This document shows, piece after piece, positions 14,088-27,903 of a stretch of 64,000 nucleotides of DNA. Location: contig OZ024742.1 of NCBI GenBank assembly GCA_964016885.1, forward strand, positions 19,592,001 through 19,656,000, given 5' to 3'. A model generated the notes under the pieces. The model did no database searches, was not told the origin of the DNA, and worked only from the letters and a program-made list of their open reading frames with translations. A program made the position numbers and the translations under genes. This DNA is from Eledone cirrhosa (Eukaryota). Numbering within the stretch: position 1 is the stretch's first letter; every line of letters starts with the position of its first letter.

Positions 14088-14312
14088 AAGAAGAAGAAGA
14101 AGAAGAAGAAGAAGAAGAAGAAGAAGAAGAAGAAGAAGAAGAAGAAGAAGAAGAAGAAGAAGAAGGATGGGGAGGAGGAGGAGGAGGAGGAGGAGGAGGA
14201 GAAGAAGAAGAAGAAGAAGAAGAAGAAGAAGAAGAAGAAGAAGAAGAAGAAGAAGAAGAAGAAGAAGAAGAAGAAGAAGAAGAAGAAGAAGAAGAAGAAG
14301 AAGAAGAAGAAA
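14088..14312. repeat. (GAA)n-(GGA)n-(GAA)n
   Basis: Direct reading. Confidence 0.95.
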
Positions 14313-14615
14313 TAATTAAACTCGGACTTTGAATTGGTGTCAACTGGTCGGAAATGAAATTATTAATATAGAATATGAACGATATATATTAATATATTAA
14401 TGCTGGGTATATATTTATATTTAAATCTTCTGAGATCAAAAAAGCCATTAACCTATATTTTCTACTAGAATGAATGTGTTCTTTACTGGAATAATTTATT
14501 TTTAGATCAAAGCTCCAAGAACTTCAGCTTAATTCATTAATAGTAGCTTGTTACTTTTAAATTCTACAAAATTATAGTTTGGTATATATATATACGTATA
14601 TATATATACGTATAT

Positions 14616-14708
<93 letters not shown>

Positions 14709-14821
14709 GTTCAAGAGTAACCAATCTTAAAGAGAGAGATGGAGATAGGAGAGGAGATATGAGAGGAGAGATTGGTGAATTAGTAGAAGGAAATCTGTGG
14801 TCTTGTTTTGCTTAACTAATG

Positions 14822-15247
<426 letters not shown>

Positions 15248-15250
15248 GTC

Positions 15251-15281
<31 letters not shown>

Positions 15282-15433
15282 AAATGTATGTAAGTATGTA
15301 TGTATGTATGCATGCATGCATGTTTGCATGTTTTTTTATGTTTGTATGTACGTACGTATGTAAGTATGTATGTATATATCTATATATATATATGTGTGGG
15401 GAGTGGGGGTGGTGGTTTGTACACACATGTATG

Positions 15434-15521
<88 letters not shown>

Positions 15522-15610
15522 ACTCTCAAGCGTGAAACTAAAAACCAATTCATTTGTACTGCCTCTCTGTTTTTTGTTCTCTGTTCCTTTATTCAACTAT
15601 ATATATATAT

Positions 15611-16093
15611 AGAGATTTTGAGTTTATGTTGGTTGTATACCAACACCTCAGTATGCAGGCTGGAGCACTCGACGAGTGCGCAGGTTGGTTTAGTTACTCC
15701 GGAATAGTGTAAAATAAAGTTAAATAAAAGTCAAATGATTAAAATTTAGCTTCGTTTATTACTGCTATATATATTTCAGTGACAGCCATCTTTGGCTTTG
15801 ACCTCTTCAGGCAGTTTGAATTAGTATGGTATAGACAAGTACATATGTTGTTGAGGTGTATAATATTGTCAATACTCTGATATGCCCAGTTCCTTGTTGG
15901 GTTGTTAATTCACTGAGGAACTGGGCATATCAGAGTATTGACAATATTATACACCTCAACAACATATGTACTTGTCTATACCATACTAATTCAAACTGCC
16001 TGAAGAGGTCAAAGCCAAAGATGGCTGTCACTGAAATATATATAGCAGTAATAAACGAAGCTAAATTTTAATCATTTGACTTTTATTTAACTT

Positions 16094-16100
<7 letters not shown>
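15611..16100. mobile_element. Hairpin insertion, family E
   Basis: ~185-bp essentially perfect arms (15710-15894 / 15916-16100) plus a ~100-nt extension. Confidence 0.88.
15995..16049 (+). ncRNA. Type I hammerhead ribozyme, family E (mirror about 15761-15815 on minus)
   Basis: ACTGC-CTGAAGA-GGTCAAAGCCA-AAGA-TGGCTGTCACT-GAAA-TATATA-TA-GCAGT. Confidence 0.85.
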
Positions 16101-16151
<51 letters not shown>

Positions 16152-16309
16152 TTGTATGGTTGCAATAAATGCGTCTGTAGGCGTTATGCCGTTTGATAAT
16201 ATATATATGTGTGTGTGTATTTATGTATATATATATATATATATATACGTATATACATATATTTATCTATGTATCTATATATATGTATATATGTATATTT
16301 GTATATATG

Positions 16310-16394
<85 letters not shown>

Positions 16395-17741
16395 CCTGAA
16401 AGCACATATGAGATAATTACTTTAGACTTTACGTCTTAATTCCGTCACCTTGAAACAAACCTATCCCAAATCTCTGAAGAATTCCAAGAATTTGCATTAA
16501 ATGTTTATCACCAAAAATCGAGGTTGGCCGATCCTTGATTCCAAACAGTATGACACATCTACTTTCATAACTTATCCCCGCTCATTTTAGGGATAATAAT
16601 AACAAGATGTTTACAATATATATGGAAATATCTAGGTTTGAATTAATGTTTTTTTTAATTTATAGGTGGTGAATTGACAGAGTTGTTAAGACATCGGGTA
16701 GAATGCTTTACGGTATTTGTTCCACCTCATTTCACACTCTGAGTTCAAATCGCTGTAGCATTTCTATAGGTTTGTGTTAAAGAATTAAATGTTTCGCTGT
16801 TTCTTCATCATGTATCCCTTCATCACTGTTGGCGACAGACCCGCTACTTTGATTCGTAGATATTATTTTCCTTTAATGTCTAAATGTATGTAATTTCTGT
16901 TGGACCTGAGGGGAGCTGTAGCAACATTTTACACATTGCAGAACCCATCCCCTCTCCAGGTCTGAACACAGTGATTTCTTCCAGAGAAGGAGAGAAAGAG
17001 AGAGAGAGAGGGGGTACAGTGAGAGAGACAGAAACAGAAGGAAAATCGACTTCGGTACTGGACTGGTACATTTTTATCGACCTATAAAAAATGAAAGGCA
17101 ACATTGACCTGGGCGTGTTATGACCTCAGAACGCAGACAGCCGGAACAAATACCACAAAATACCCGATGCTCTAACACCCGACCAATTCGCTGCCTCTAA
17201 ATGTAAAAAGATATGAAGAACATATTGCAAATGAGAGGCGTGAAACGGCCATATAACAATAGAATGATTGATTAAGGAAGGTTGGAATCGACTGTAACAA
17301 TTAGTTATAGGAATAAAAGTATTCCTGTGTAATGAGTAGGACTTGTGGCTCTACTGGAAATCAATAAAGCTGCTTTGTTTGAACATTTATAGAGAAACAT
17401 GACACACTCTGTGGCAGCCATTACAGTGTTGAGTCATCGCATTGACCAGTTTACACACACACAGATATATATATATATACACACAGAAGTATATACATAC
17501 ACACACACTGAGAAATACATATACACATACACAGAAATACATCCACACACACTCACACAAGCCCCCCCCCCCCCACACACACACCTCGCGTATCACGACG
17601 GCATCTCTACGACTCCATTGGGAGTTACGGGTACGTACACCTCCCACACACACACATACCTCGCGTATCACGACGGCATCTCTACGACTCCATTGGGAAT
17701 TACGGGTACGTACACCCCCCCCCCCCATATATATATATATA

Positions 17742-17905
17742 TAAGGAAAAGAAATCGAAAATGAAAATGGAGTCTTTTTAAGAAAAACCACAACCCTCCA
17801 TCTCAATTCTACTTCTGAAAAGCATAAAAACTGTGAAACCGGTAAAGGAAACAAATAAATATTCTTAAAGAGACACCAGTTGCATTTTCGATTTCTTTTC
17901 CTTAT
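17742..17905. repeat. Short diverged inverted repeat next to a TA tract
   Basis: AAGGAAAAGAAATCGAAAATG ... CATTTTCGATTTCTTTTCCTT. Confidence 0.6.
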
Positions 17906-18631
17906 ACTTTCACCCGTGTAGGATATCTCGTCTTTTTTTTTTCATTTAAAAAAGAATGTCATTTTCTTTGTATATATACATAAACTCAAGACAACGAACA
18001 GAAACGAAAAACTATTTTTTAAGGTGAAACCTTAAAAAATTATTTAAAAAAAACAAACTTACAAATGAAGGACACATAACTCCAGGGTCATCGGCTGTTG
18101 AGATGGACTTTGGCAGTTTTGACCCATACCAACAGTAGTGCTGATCCACCCGGGATCACAGCATCTGGCATAAGCCAAAGGTTTATATATATATATATAT
18201 CGTTGTTGTTTTTTCCATTGTCTTTGTCCTGCGGGCTCCCTATTTTGAATTTATATTTTAAAGAATTAGCCATGCGGGTATTTTTTGAAACTATCATATA
18301 CTAGAAATCACACCTCCCGTCCTAATTCCCCTACATCTCAGTGTCCTTAGTCTACATGTTGGACAACAGTCCTTATTCTCTTCTGTTTTACTATCTCTCC
18401 TTTCTATATTTTCTCCTTTGACTAAGCCCTTGTATACTCCATATTTGTGTAGTTTGCCTAAAGGCATAACTTGTCTCTACCTGTTTTGTTATGTCCCAAT
18501 GTGCACTAGAATGAACGGTATCGACCTTAAAAATCGTAACCATAGTGATTTCCAGAGGTTGACTGAGGAGATGGTACTGGACATCTTTCCCTTGTTTTTT
18601 TTCATTGTCTTTCTCCTGTGCACTCCCTATT

Positions 18632-18662
<31 letters not shown>

Positions 18663-18666
<4 letters not shown>

Positions 18667-18985
18667 ATACAATAACAGAGATAGTTTAAAGCTAAACTCT
18701 GACTGGTAACCATCTCACTCAACAAACATTAGGTTATATTTTAATATAAACCCAATTTAAGTGTTTGGGGTGCTAACAATATGTATTATGTGGAAAAGCC
18801 AGTTGTATTATTTTATGAGATATAATTAAAGTTAAAATACATCTCTCTTTCCAAACAATTGTTTCATTATAAGTTTTCTACAAATTGGGAGAATATTTCC
18901 AGTTTATGTAGAAGCCTAATATACATTCATGTAAGAATATATTTAGGTGGGCGCTTATAAATCATCAGTGGAAGCCCATTAAACT
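18663..18985 (-). mobile_element. PLE-terminus, family J
   Basis: Homologous to 37672-38033, 54605-54890 and 22301-22373. Confidence 0.75.
18849..18973 (-). ncRNA. Hammerhead with expanded stem II, family J
   Basis: TTCCA-CTGATGA-T-TTATAAG-[~80 nt, two hairpins]-CTTATAA-T-GAAA-CAATTG-TT-TGGAA. Confidence 0.8.
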
Positions 18986-19356
18986 TTGATATAAGAAAAA
19001 ATTCTTACCGCAGTTAAAAATAGTGTCTGTTAAGTTGCTCCTTCTCGCATATATATATATATATATATTTCGTATTTCTAAAGAAATACGGTTTTAGGAA
19101 GCCGTAGCTATGCAAACACCGGGGTCTAACACCCACTGGTGGTGCCAGCAGAAGCAAGGAGGACAACCGTCTATGCATTTCAGGCTTGACTGGTCTCCGT
19201 CAGGACGGTCTCTCCGACCGCTTGCTACTGCTGGACTTGAAAACAGTTGAGAATATATAGTTTTCTCGTCTGTGTAAATGAGGTGATTAATCTCATTTGC
19301 ATATGAAACTGCATAAGTTGGCTCAACTTATAATAGAAATAGGAAATTTCTATACA

Positions 19357-19805
19357 TCTATATTATAAAGCTGACGGCCGTATGTAACAAACTTTTCGCC
19401 AAACGGCTGGACCAAAAAACACCAAATTTGCACCATAGATGTAACTTTTTCCAAGTAAGAAAGTGCAGGTATTTTTGTCTTCTAAATTTCGTTAAAAGAT
19501 TAAAGATATATTATCGTATATCTAAGTATTGACTTCTTTAAAATTTTCAAATGTCAACACTTCCGGTTATACGACATTCCTCTGTCTTTCTTACTCTGTC
19601 TTTTTAGATAGATACATAGCTATAACGTCGCGCCCTTACAATATGTCTCTGTATGTCTGACTATCTGCATTAGATACATAACTATAACGTCGCACACTTA
19701 TAATATCTGTCTGTCTGGCTGCCTGACTGCATTGACTTCGCTTCTAACCAACTTTTAATTAATCCAGTGCAAAGATACCGCACGCACTCTCAATAATTCA
19801 TTTTA

Positions 19806-19881
<76 letters not shown>

Positions 19882-19973
19882 TTTACTTCTGCGTTCACAG
19901 ATTGACTTTTTAGTTTCAGAAGATCCCGTTAATGGTGAAAGCAGCGATTCTATGCTTAAACTTTAATCTGTTA

Positions 19974-20037
<64 letters not shown>

Positions 20038-20719
20038 TATATTCGTGTACAGATATTTTTGCATACACAAAAACAAAATATAAACAAACGTATTTATTTC
20101 ACGAAAGCACAGACGGCTTATCGTCATTGTTACTGCCGATATGTCACCCAAAAAGTCCCAGCCTAGCCGCAAGATCAGATTTTCCAGAAGAAAAATGTTT
20201 ACTAGAGCAACAGTGAGACTAAGCTTCGCGATTACCATCAACAAAGCTCAGGGTCAAACCCTAAAAGTGGCTGGCCTTCATCTGGGAAAACCATGCTTCT
20301 CCCATGGTCAATTGTATGTAGGATGCTCTAGGGTGAGCTCGCCAAACAATCTCTTAATCTTTGCTTTCGAGGGCCGAACAAAAAATATTCTATAGTCTGA
20401 GGCTCTAACAATGTAATTTATGTATTTTCTGTTACTTGGAATTTCCATTATGGTTGTACAAATTATTGTAAAGTTTCTTTAAAAATGTGTTCTCTGTTCA
20501 GCCTTTATTGTTGTAACTATCAATTTTCTTTAACGTACTGGCTGCTGAATTGGGGAATCCTAAAAGACTATTCAAGCCCAACATCAGAGCACGTTAAACC
20601 CCTGCCCCCTCACTGACTTGAGAGGGCGTGTGGTATCTTTGCAATGGAGTGGAGGGGGTATCCTGAAAAGATAAAATGCCGGTATACCTAGCCGAGCGCC
20701 AGCCGGACGGACCAGCTAG
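19357..20719 (+). mobile_element. Non-autonomous Helitron with PIF1-helicase remnant
   Basis: Starts TC, ends CTAG, inserted between A and T. The empty site CTGTACA|TATTGTATAAAG is visible near 21035. VRLSFAITINKAQGQTL...FSHGQLYVGCSRV at 20214-20395. Confidence 0.85.
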
Positions 20720-20888
20720 TATTGTATAAAGCTATGCTTGAAGCGAAATCTTATTTCTTTTCTATTATAAGTTGAGCCAACTTATGCAGCTTCATATGCA
20801 AATGAGATTAATTACCTCATTTACACAGACGAGAAAACTATATATTCTTAACTGTTTTCAAGTCCAGCAGTAGCAAGCGGTGGGAGGG

Positions 20889-20932
20889 ACCGTCCTAACG
20901 AAAGCCAGTCAAGCCTGAAATGCATAGACGGT
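20889..20932 (+). ncRNA. Type I hammerhead (mutated), family K; mirror about 19167-19210
   Basis: ACCGTC-CTAACGA (other arm CTGACGG)-stem II-GAAA-TGCA-TA-GACGGT. Confidence 0.7.
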
Positions 20933-21184
20933 TGTTCCCCTTGCTTCTGCTGGACACCACCAGAGGGCGTTAGCCCCCGGTGCTTGCATAGCTATGGCTT
21001 CATAAAACCGTATTTCTTTAGAAATAGGAAATTTCTGTACATATTGTATAAAGCTATGCTTGAAGCGAAATCATATTTCACTCTCTCTCTCTATATATAT
21101 AAGTTAAAACAGGAAACAAAAATAATAACGAAGAGTGCAGTACAAAGTGTTAGTATTAGGATCACGCTTGTGAGTGGGGGGTGG

Positions 21185-21222
21185 AGGACGACGTTTCGGG
21201 CATAAGCCCTTCATCAGAAGAA
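21185..21222 (-). ncRNA. Minimal PLE-type hammerhead, family I
   Basis: CTGATGA-A-GGGC-TTAT-GCCC-GAAA-CG-TC; stem I is poor. Its downstream tail (21101-21172) recurs at 11455-11515. Confidence 0.65.
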
Positions 21223-21713
21223 AAGTGGGAAGGAAAAGAGTTCCGAGGGTGTGAGGGGGAGTGGTGGAAATACATTAAAAGGGGTGGAAATTAAAGGGAA
21301 GGGAAAATATTAAAAAGAGGGTAAAAAAATTAAAATAAAAGAAGTGGTGAAAGGGTATGCTTATATAGAAGACACTGGTGAACTCGAGTCTATAGTAGAA
21401 GACTCTGCAGACAATGTGTGATTTCACTCAGAACCGGTTGTGACGAGAACACGTTTGTTTGGGGTGGGGTGATAAAAAGAAAATATTTTCAGTCCTGAAT
21501 TCTGAAATCTCAGATATCATTTGTAGCCAGAGCCTGACATTCACTTGCTGGGGCCTTAAGCTATATAAATTTAAGGCCTTTCTCTGAAAGAATTGGGGTA
21601 AAATAATTTAAAATAAATTGGCAACATGACCCTCCCAAAGTATAACAATAATTTAAAATAAAATATACGATTATTTTTATTATTATTTATATTAATGTTA
21701 ATGATAAAGAATA

Positions 21714-21748
<35 letters not shown>

Positions 21749-21888
21749 TATATTTATTTGTATATATATATATGTGTGTGTGTGTTTACAATAATGTCAC
21801 TTTGACGAATCAAAGAAAGGAGAAAAAATGAAAAAAAGGAAAAACAGATCCTTAAATATATTTTCCGTGCTATTTCTAATTTCACCTT

Positions 21889-21925
<37 letters not shown>

Positions 21926-22369
21926 CATACAGCATCAATATATAACTGTAAAGTTAACTGTCTCTAATACGTAGTCATTTCAATGAAAGGGCAAGATATA
22001 TTGATATATTAGTAAATTAATAAATTAATTATCAACTCAGAGAAGTATTAAAATATATTAAACTTAACTCCAAATCTCATTTGAGGGGGGGGGGGGGGGG
22101 GGGGGGGGCAAATTAGCTAACAAATGTCAATATATATATATATATATATATATAGGAAAAGAGTCAGGACCCCGACGGCTGAGCTCCGACCGATTCGACA
22201 CCTAGATCCGAACTCTTTTCCTATTACTACTCTAAGTATTGAGTACTCTGGTCCACCTGGTTCCTTACCACACTTTCTTTGTTCTTTGTTATATATATAT
22301 AACCTAATGTTTGTTGAGTGAGATGGTTACCAGTCGGAGTTTAGCGTTCTGCTATCTCTGTTATTGTAT

Positions 22370-22438
<69 letters not shown>

Positions 22439-22441
<3 letters not shown>

Positions 22442-22641
22442 AACGAGTAGGACCCCGACGGCTGAGCTCAAGCCGTTTCGACGGCTAATTCTGGACTGAT
22501 TTAGTCCAGAATTAGCCGTCGAAACGGCTTGAGCTCAGCCGTCGGGGTCCTACTCGTTCCTATTACCCACTCTACTACCCTAAGTATTGAGTACTCTGGT
22601 GCGTTATGGTCCATCTAGTTCCTTACCACATTTCCTTCGTT
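22439..22641. mobile_element. Hairpin insertion, family A
   Basis: Perfect ~59-bp arms with a GATTT loop, plus an ~80-nt extension. Confidence 0.88.
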
Positions 22642-22667
22642 ATATATATATATATATATATATATAT

Positions 22668-22905
22668 CTAAGGCGGGTAAAATTCCCGAGATCCATGGAC
22701 GAGTTCTCTCCAGCAGTCTCTGTCCCTCATTATCGCTGCCATGTCCTGCGTCTCCAACAGACCAGTGTCTGTCCTTAGGGCATCAACATACGTTAACCTT
22801 GGTCTTCCTTTTCTAGTGTGTCCATGTAGGGGCTCCCAAAGGAGCACTGAGTGCAATGTCAAAAGTGACACAGAGGAGATGCTGGACATGCTCACCGACA
22901 TCCAG
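22668..22905 (-). pseudogene. RTE-type LINE 3' fragment
   Basis: VLLWEPLHGHTRKGRPRLTYVDALRTDTG...MRDRDCWRELV, a typical RTE ORF2 C-terminus. Confidence 0.7.
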
Positions 22906-23199
22906 AGTTGATATATATATATATATATAAATGTAATCTGAGTTTTTCGAATATTAATAATAATATTCGATTCATTTGCAATTATGCAAACAAGCTCTTA
23001 AAAAATTTATTTTTTTAAAGCCATGTCAGTAGAATGAGCCCCTCATTCTTGGTCTTGTGTTGGCATATATATATATCTCTCACGAATATATTTCTCACGA
23101 ATGAAACAGTCCTGTAGAAGCTTTTCTATATTGAAACATTTAGACTCTGCTGTGTATTGAGTACTTACTGTGATAACCCCCGATTGAACCCGGGATAAA

Positions 23200-23238
<39 letters not shown>

Positions 23239-23851
23239 GGACTAGAACTGTTTCATTCGAAAGAAACCATCAGGACTATATTGAGTACCTTACTTACTGT
23301 GTTTACCCCCAGTTAAACCCGTACCCCCCCCCCCCCCCCCCCCCCACCCCCACCCACACACACACACATATATATATATTTTTTTTTCTTATATATATAT
23401 ATATAAAATATTTGATGATTTAGTTTAAAAAAATAGAAACTAATAATAAAATAATTAAATAAGGTCCCCGAGTGTGTGAGACTGAACTACAGTTTATAGG
23501 TAAGGCCAACACTGTCTGTTACTTTCATCTAGGTGTCGATAAAATCAATACCAGTTAGAGGAGATCGGTGTAGTTAACCCCATTGGAGTGTGATGCTAAT
23601 ATTAGATATAGTAATGGGGAAGTGGGAGATTGGCAGAATTGGTAGAGCGCCCTATAAAATGACATTGTTCAAACTTCTTACTTGTTAAGTTCAGATCCCG
23701 CTGAGGTCAACTTTACCTTTTATCTTTACAGGATATATTTAAATAAAGTACCAGTACCAGTAATGGTCTGGGGTTGACTTAATCAACTTTGCCCTTTACG
23801 CCTCCCACATTTGTTGCCCTTGTGTCTAAATAAGAAAGCAATATTAGAAAT

Positions 23852-24052
23852 GCTAGTAGTAATAGTAACGGTGGTTGTAGTAGTAGCATTAGTATTAGTA
23901 GTACTAGTAGTAGCATTAGTAGTAGTAGTTGTCGTCGTTGTAGTAGTAGTAGTATTAGTAGTAGTAGAAATACTAGTAGTAGTAATAGCAGTAGTAGTAG
24001 TAGTAGTAGTAACAGTAGTTGTAGTAGTAGTAGTAGTAGTAGTAGCAGCAGC

Positions 24053-24083
<31 letters not shown>

Positions 24084-24676
24084 ACAGTAGTTGTAGTAGT
24101 AGTAATAGTAGTAGTAGTAGTAGTAGCGGTAGTAGTAGTAGTAGTAGTAGTAGTAGCAGCAGCAGCGGTAGTAGTAGTAGTAGCAGCAGCAGCAGCAGGA
24201 GTAGTAGTAGCAGCAGCAGCAGTAGTAGTAGTAGTAGTAGCGGTAGTAGTAGTAGTAGCAGCGGTAGTAGTAGTAGTAGTAGCAGCAGTAGTAGCAGTAG
24301 TAGTAGTAGCAGCAGCAGTAGTAGTAGTAGTAGCAGCAGTAGTAGTAGTAGTAGTAGCGGTAGTAGTAGTAGTAGCAGCGGTAGTAGTAGTAGTAGTAGC
24401 GGTAGTAGTAGTAGTAGTAGCAGCAGTAGTAGCAGTAGTAGTAGTAGCAGCAGCAGTAGTAGTAGCAGCAGCAGCAGTAGTAGTAGTAGTAGTAGCGGTA
24501 GTAGTAGTAGTAGCAGCGGTAGTAGTAGTAGTAGTAGCAGCAGTAGTAGCAGTAGTAGTAGTAGCAGCAGCAGTAGTAGTAGTAGTAGCAGCAGTAGTAG
24601 CAGTAGTAGTAGTAGCAGCAGCAGTAGTAGTAGTAGTAGCAGCAGTAGTAGTAGTAGTAGCAGTAGCAGGAGTAGT
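23852..24676. repeat. (TAG/CAG)n microsatellite
   Basis: Direct reading. Confidence 0.95.
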
Positions 24677-24957
24677 CCTATTCATATTTCAACTAAGCTA
24701 GTATTAGACATGAGGAGGATGTGTGCCGTGTGTGTGTATATGTGTACATGTATATGTGCGTGCCGTGTGTGTGTGTATGTCTGTGTGCGCGTATGTGATG
24801 GGTGGGGGAGGAGGCTGGCTGATCCACCAACATACCAACTTCCCACGCAAAATAGTCTAAAATGAGGTCACCGTGTGTGGGTCACTACGGACGACAGCTG
24901 CCGCCGGGATTAAGAAGGCGGTAGAAGGTTTCTTGTTTAAAATAGGGAACTAGGTCA

Positions 24958-25330
24958 ATGGTGGTGGGGAGGGGTGATGGCGGGGTGATGGTGCTGATGG
25001 TGGTTATGTGGGGGTGATGGTGGTGGTGGTGATGTGGGGGTGATGGTGGTGATGGTGGTGATATGGGGGTGATGGGGTGATGGTGGGGGTGATGGGGTGA
25101 TGTGGGGTGATGGTGGTGATGGTGGTGATGTGGGTGATGTGGGGTGATGTGGGGTGATGGTGGTGATGTGGGGTGATGGTGGTGATGTGGGGGGTGATGG
25201 TGGTGATGTGGGGGTGATGGGGGTGATGGGGGTGATGGTGGTGATGGTGGTGAAGGTGAGGAAGGTGATGTGGGGTGATGGTGGTGACGGTGGTGATGTT
25301 GGTGAAGGTGGTGATGTGGGGTGATGGTTT
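24958..25330. repeat. GGT/GAT/GGG low-complexity tract
   Basis: Direct reading. Confidence 0.9.
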
Positions 25331-25484
25331 TGAGGAGGGTGGCGGGAAGGAGCCGACGTAAACTTTCGACCTGGGGATCGGGTGTGTCTTCAACAGTGGA
25401 AATAAGGTGTACTGCTGGGGGTGGGGGGTTAAGGAACAAAGGGTGATTGACGGATATATGTATATATATATACATATATCCGTC

Positions 25485-25521
<37 letters not shown>

Positions 25522-25618
25522 CATATATACATATATCCGTCAATCACCCTTTGTTCCTTAAAATTCCCCCTCAATCCCCCCCTCCCATCATATATATATA
25601 TATATACAAAGAGTGATT

Positions 25619-25661
<43 letters not shown>

Positions 25662-26340
25662 TATACATGCATACCTATTTGTATGCGTGTGTGTATGTAT
25701 ATGTATGTAAGAACGTACATATGTATGTATGAACCTATATATATATATATATGTATGTGTGTATGTATGTATATATATATATATATACGTATGTATATGT
25801 GTATATGTATGCATATATTATGTATATGTATGTGTGTGTATATACTCATAAATGCAGACTGATATCCTGATAACACATTTTACATCCAGAGACCCTCAGA
25901 TAAACACATGTATGCAGGCACACACACAGACACACATACGAACACACATACACACAGTGACACACACGCACATACACAGAGCGAGCGAGAGAGAGAGAGA
26001 GTGAGAGAGAGAGAGAGTGAGAGAGAGAGGGAGTGAGAGAGTGTGTGTGTGTGAGAGAGAGGGGGAGAGAGAGAGAGAGGGAGAGAGAGAGAGAGGGGGG
26101 GGGGGAGAGGGGGGAGAGACATTCATAAGAACTCAGTATGAATGAAACACAAAACTAAAAGTGGCGGGCAGGATTTAGAGGAAGGGGACTTAGCAAAGAA
26201 AAGGGCTACTGTTGTAGGTTTAGCTGATAAATAGGGGCGTTTAAGATATGTCATAAAGTAGTACCAGACCTGCCAAGCTCTAAAAACTCAAACGGCGAGT
26301 ACCATGAAAAGAAGTGCCCCAAAATGGGGAGGTTTTACAT

Positions 26341-26525
26341 AATTGTTTCTACTTTTGGCACAAGGCCAGCAATTACCCAGTACATTACTGGTACTTTATT
26401 TTATCGACCCCGTAAGGATGAAAGGCAAAGTTAACCTTGGCGGGATTTGAACTCAGAATGGAAAGGGCCGTAACTTTATGCCTCAAAACATGGCGTCCGA
26501 CCCTCTACCGATACCGCCAATACAC
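26341..26525 (-). mobile_element. tRNA-derived SINE
   Basis: Same family as 11851. Confidence 0.85.
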
Positions 26526-26750
26526 CTTACCTATTTTCAGAAGAGAAGACATCTCTCACCCACCCTAAAGTGGGTGGGAGATCTCCCCCGTCGGACGAGG
26601 AGAGTTGACAGCTCTGGAGTACTGTGTGTCTGGATGATAAATAGGGCTGTTTTATGATATGTCATAAAGTAACGAATGTTTCATGAGAAGTACTGAAAGA
26701 TTAGATGATAAACAGGATTAAGATATATCATAAAAAATATTCTATGAAAG

Positions 26751-27668
26751 CTACTGTAGGTCTGAATGGTAGACAGGGGTGTTTAAGATATGTCATAAAA
26801 ATATTCTGAGAACTACTGTAGGTCTGAATGGTAGACAGGGGTGTTTAAGATATGTCATAAAAATATTCTGAAGACTATTGTAGATATGAATGGTAGACAG
26901 GGGTATTTAAGAAACGTCATAAACATATTCTGAGAACTACTGTAGATATGAATGGTAGACAGGGATGTTTAAGATATGTCATAAAAATATTCTGAGAACT
27001 ACTGTAGATATGAATGGTAGACAGGGGTGTTTAAGATACGTCATAAAATTATTCTGAGAACTATTGTAGATATGAATGGTAGACAGGGGTGTTTAAGATA
27101 TGTCATAAAATTATTCTGAAGACTATTGTAGATATGAATGGTAGACAGGGGTGTTTAAGATATGTCATAAAAATATTCTGAAGACTATTGTAGATATGAA
27201 TGGTAGACAGGGGTGTTCAAGATACGTCATAAAAATATTCTGAAGACTATTGTAGATATGAATGGTAGACAGGGGTGTTTAAGATATGTCATAAAAATAT
27301 TCTGAAGACTACTGTAGGTCTGAATGGTAGACAGGGGTGTTTAAGATACGTCATAAAATTATTCTGAGAACTATTGTAGATATGAATGGTAGACAGGGGT
27401 ATTTAAGATATGTCATAAAAATATTCTGAAGACTACTATAGGTCTGAATGGTAGACAGGGATGTTTAAGATATGTCATAAAATTATTCTGAGAACTATTG
27501 TAGATATGAATGGTAGACAGGGGTATTTAAGATATGTCATAAAAATATTCTGAAGACTACTATAGGTCTGAATGGTAGACAGGGATGTTTAAGATATGTC
27601 ATTAAAATATTCTGAGAATTACTGTAGATATGAATGGTAGACAGGGGTGTTTAAGATATGTCATAAAG
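26751..27668. repeat. 62-bp tandem repeat, about 15 copies
   Basis: CTACTGTAGATATGAATGGTAGACAGGGGTGTTTAAGATATGTCATAAAAATATTCTGAGAA; starts at 26751, 26813, 26875 and onward. Confidence 0.95.
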
Positions 27669-27765
27669 CAGTACTGTAAGCTTTTTATTTTATAGGTAAG
27701 TCCAGTACTGCTTACAGGGTGATCTGCGTTCTTTTAGTTATCGTGGCACCAGCACTATTACGGTA

Positions 27766-27903
27766 TAGAGTTACGGCCCTTTATGGTCTGAGTTCAAATC
27801 CCACCGAGGTTAACTTTGCCTTTCATCCTTACGGGGTCGATAAAATAAAGTACCAGTAATACACTGGGATAATTGCTGGCCTTGTGCCAAAAGTAGAAAC
27901 AAC
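27766..27903 (+). mobile_element. tRNA-derived SINE, 5'-truncated
   Basis: GAGTTCAAATCC...TTTGCCTTTCATCCTTACGGGGTCGATAAAATAAAGTACCAG. Confidence 0.8.

Larger units (their letters stand above)
19048..21085. mobile_element. Hairpin insertion, family K, split by a Helitron
   Basis: 19058-19340 is inverted at 20760-21025. Each arm has a one-mutation HHR. Confidence 0.8.
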
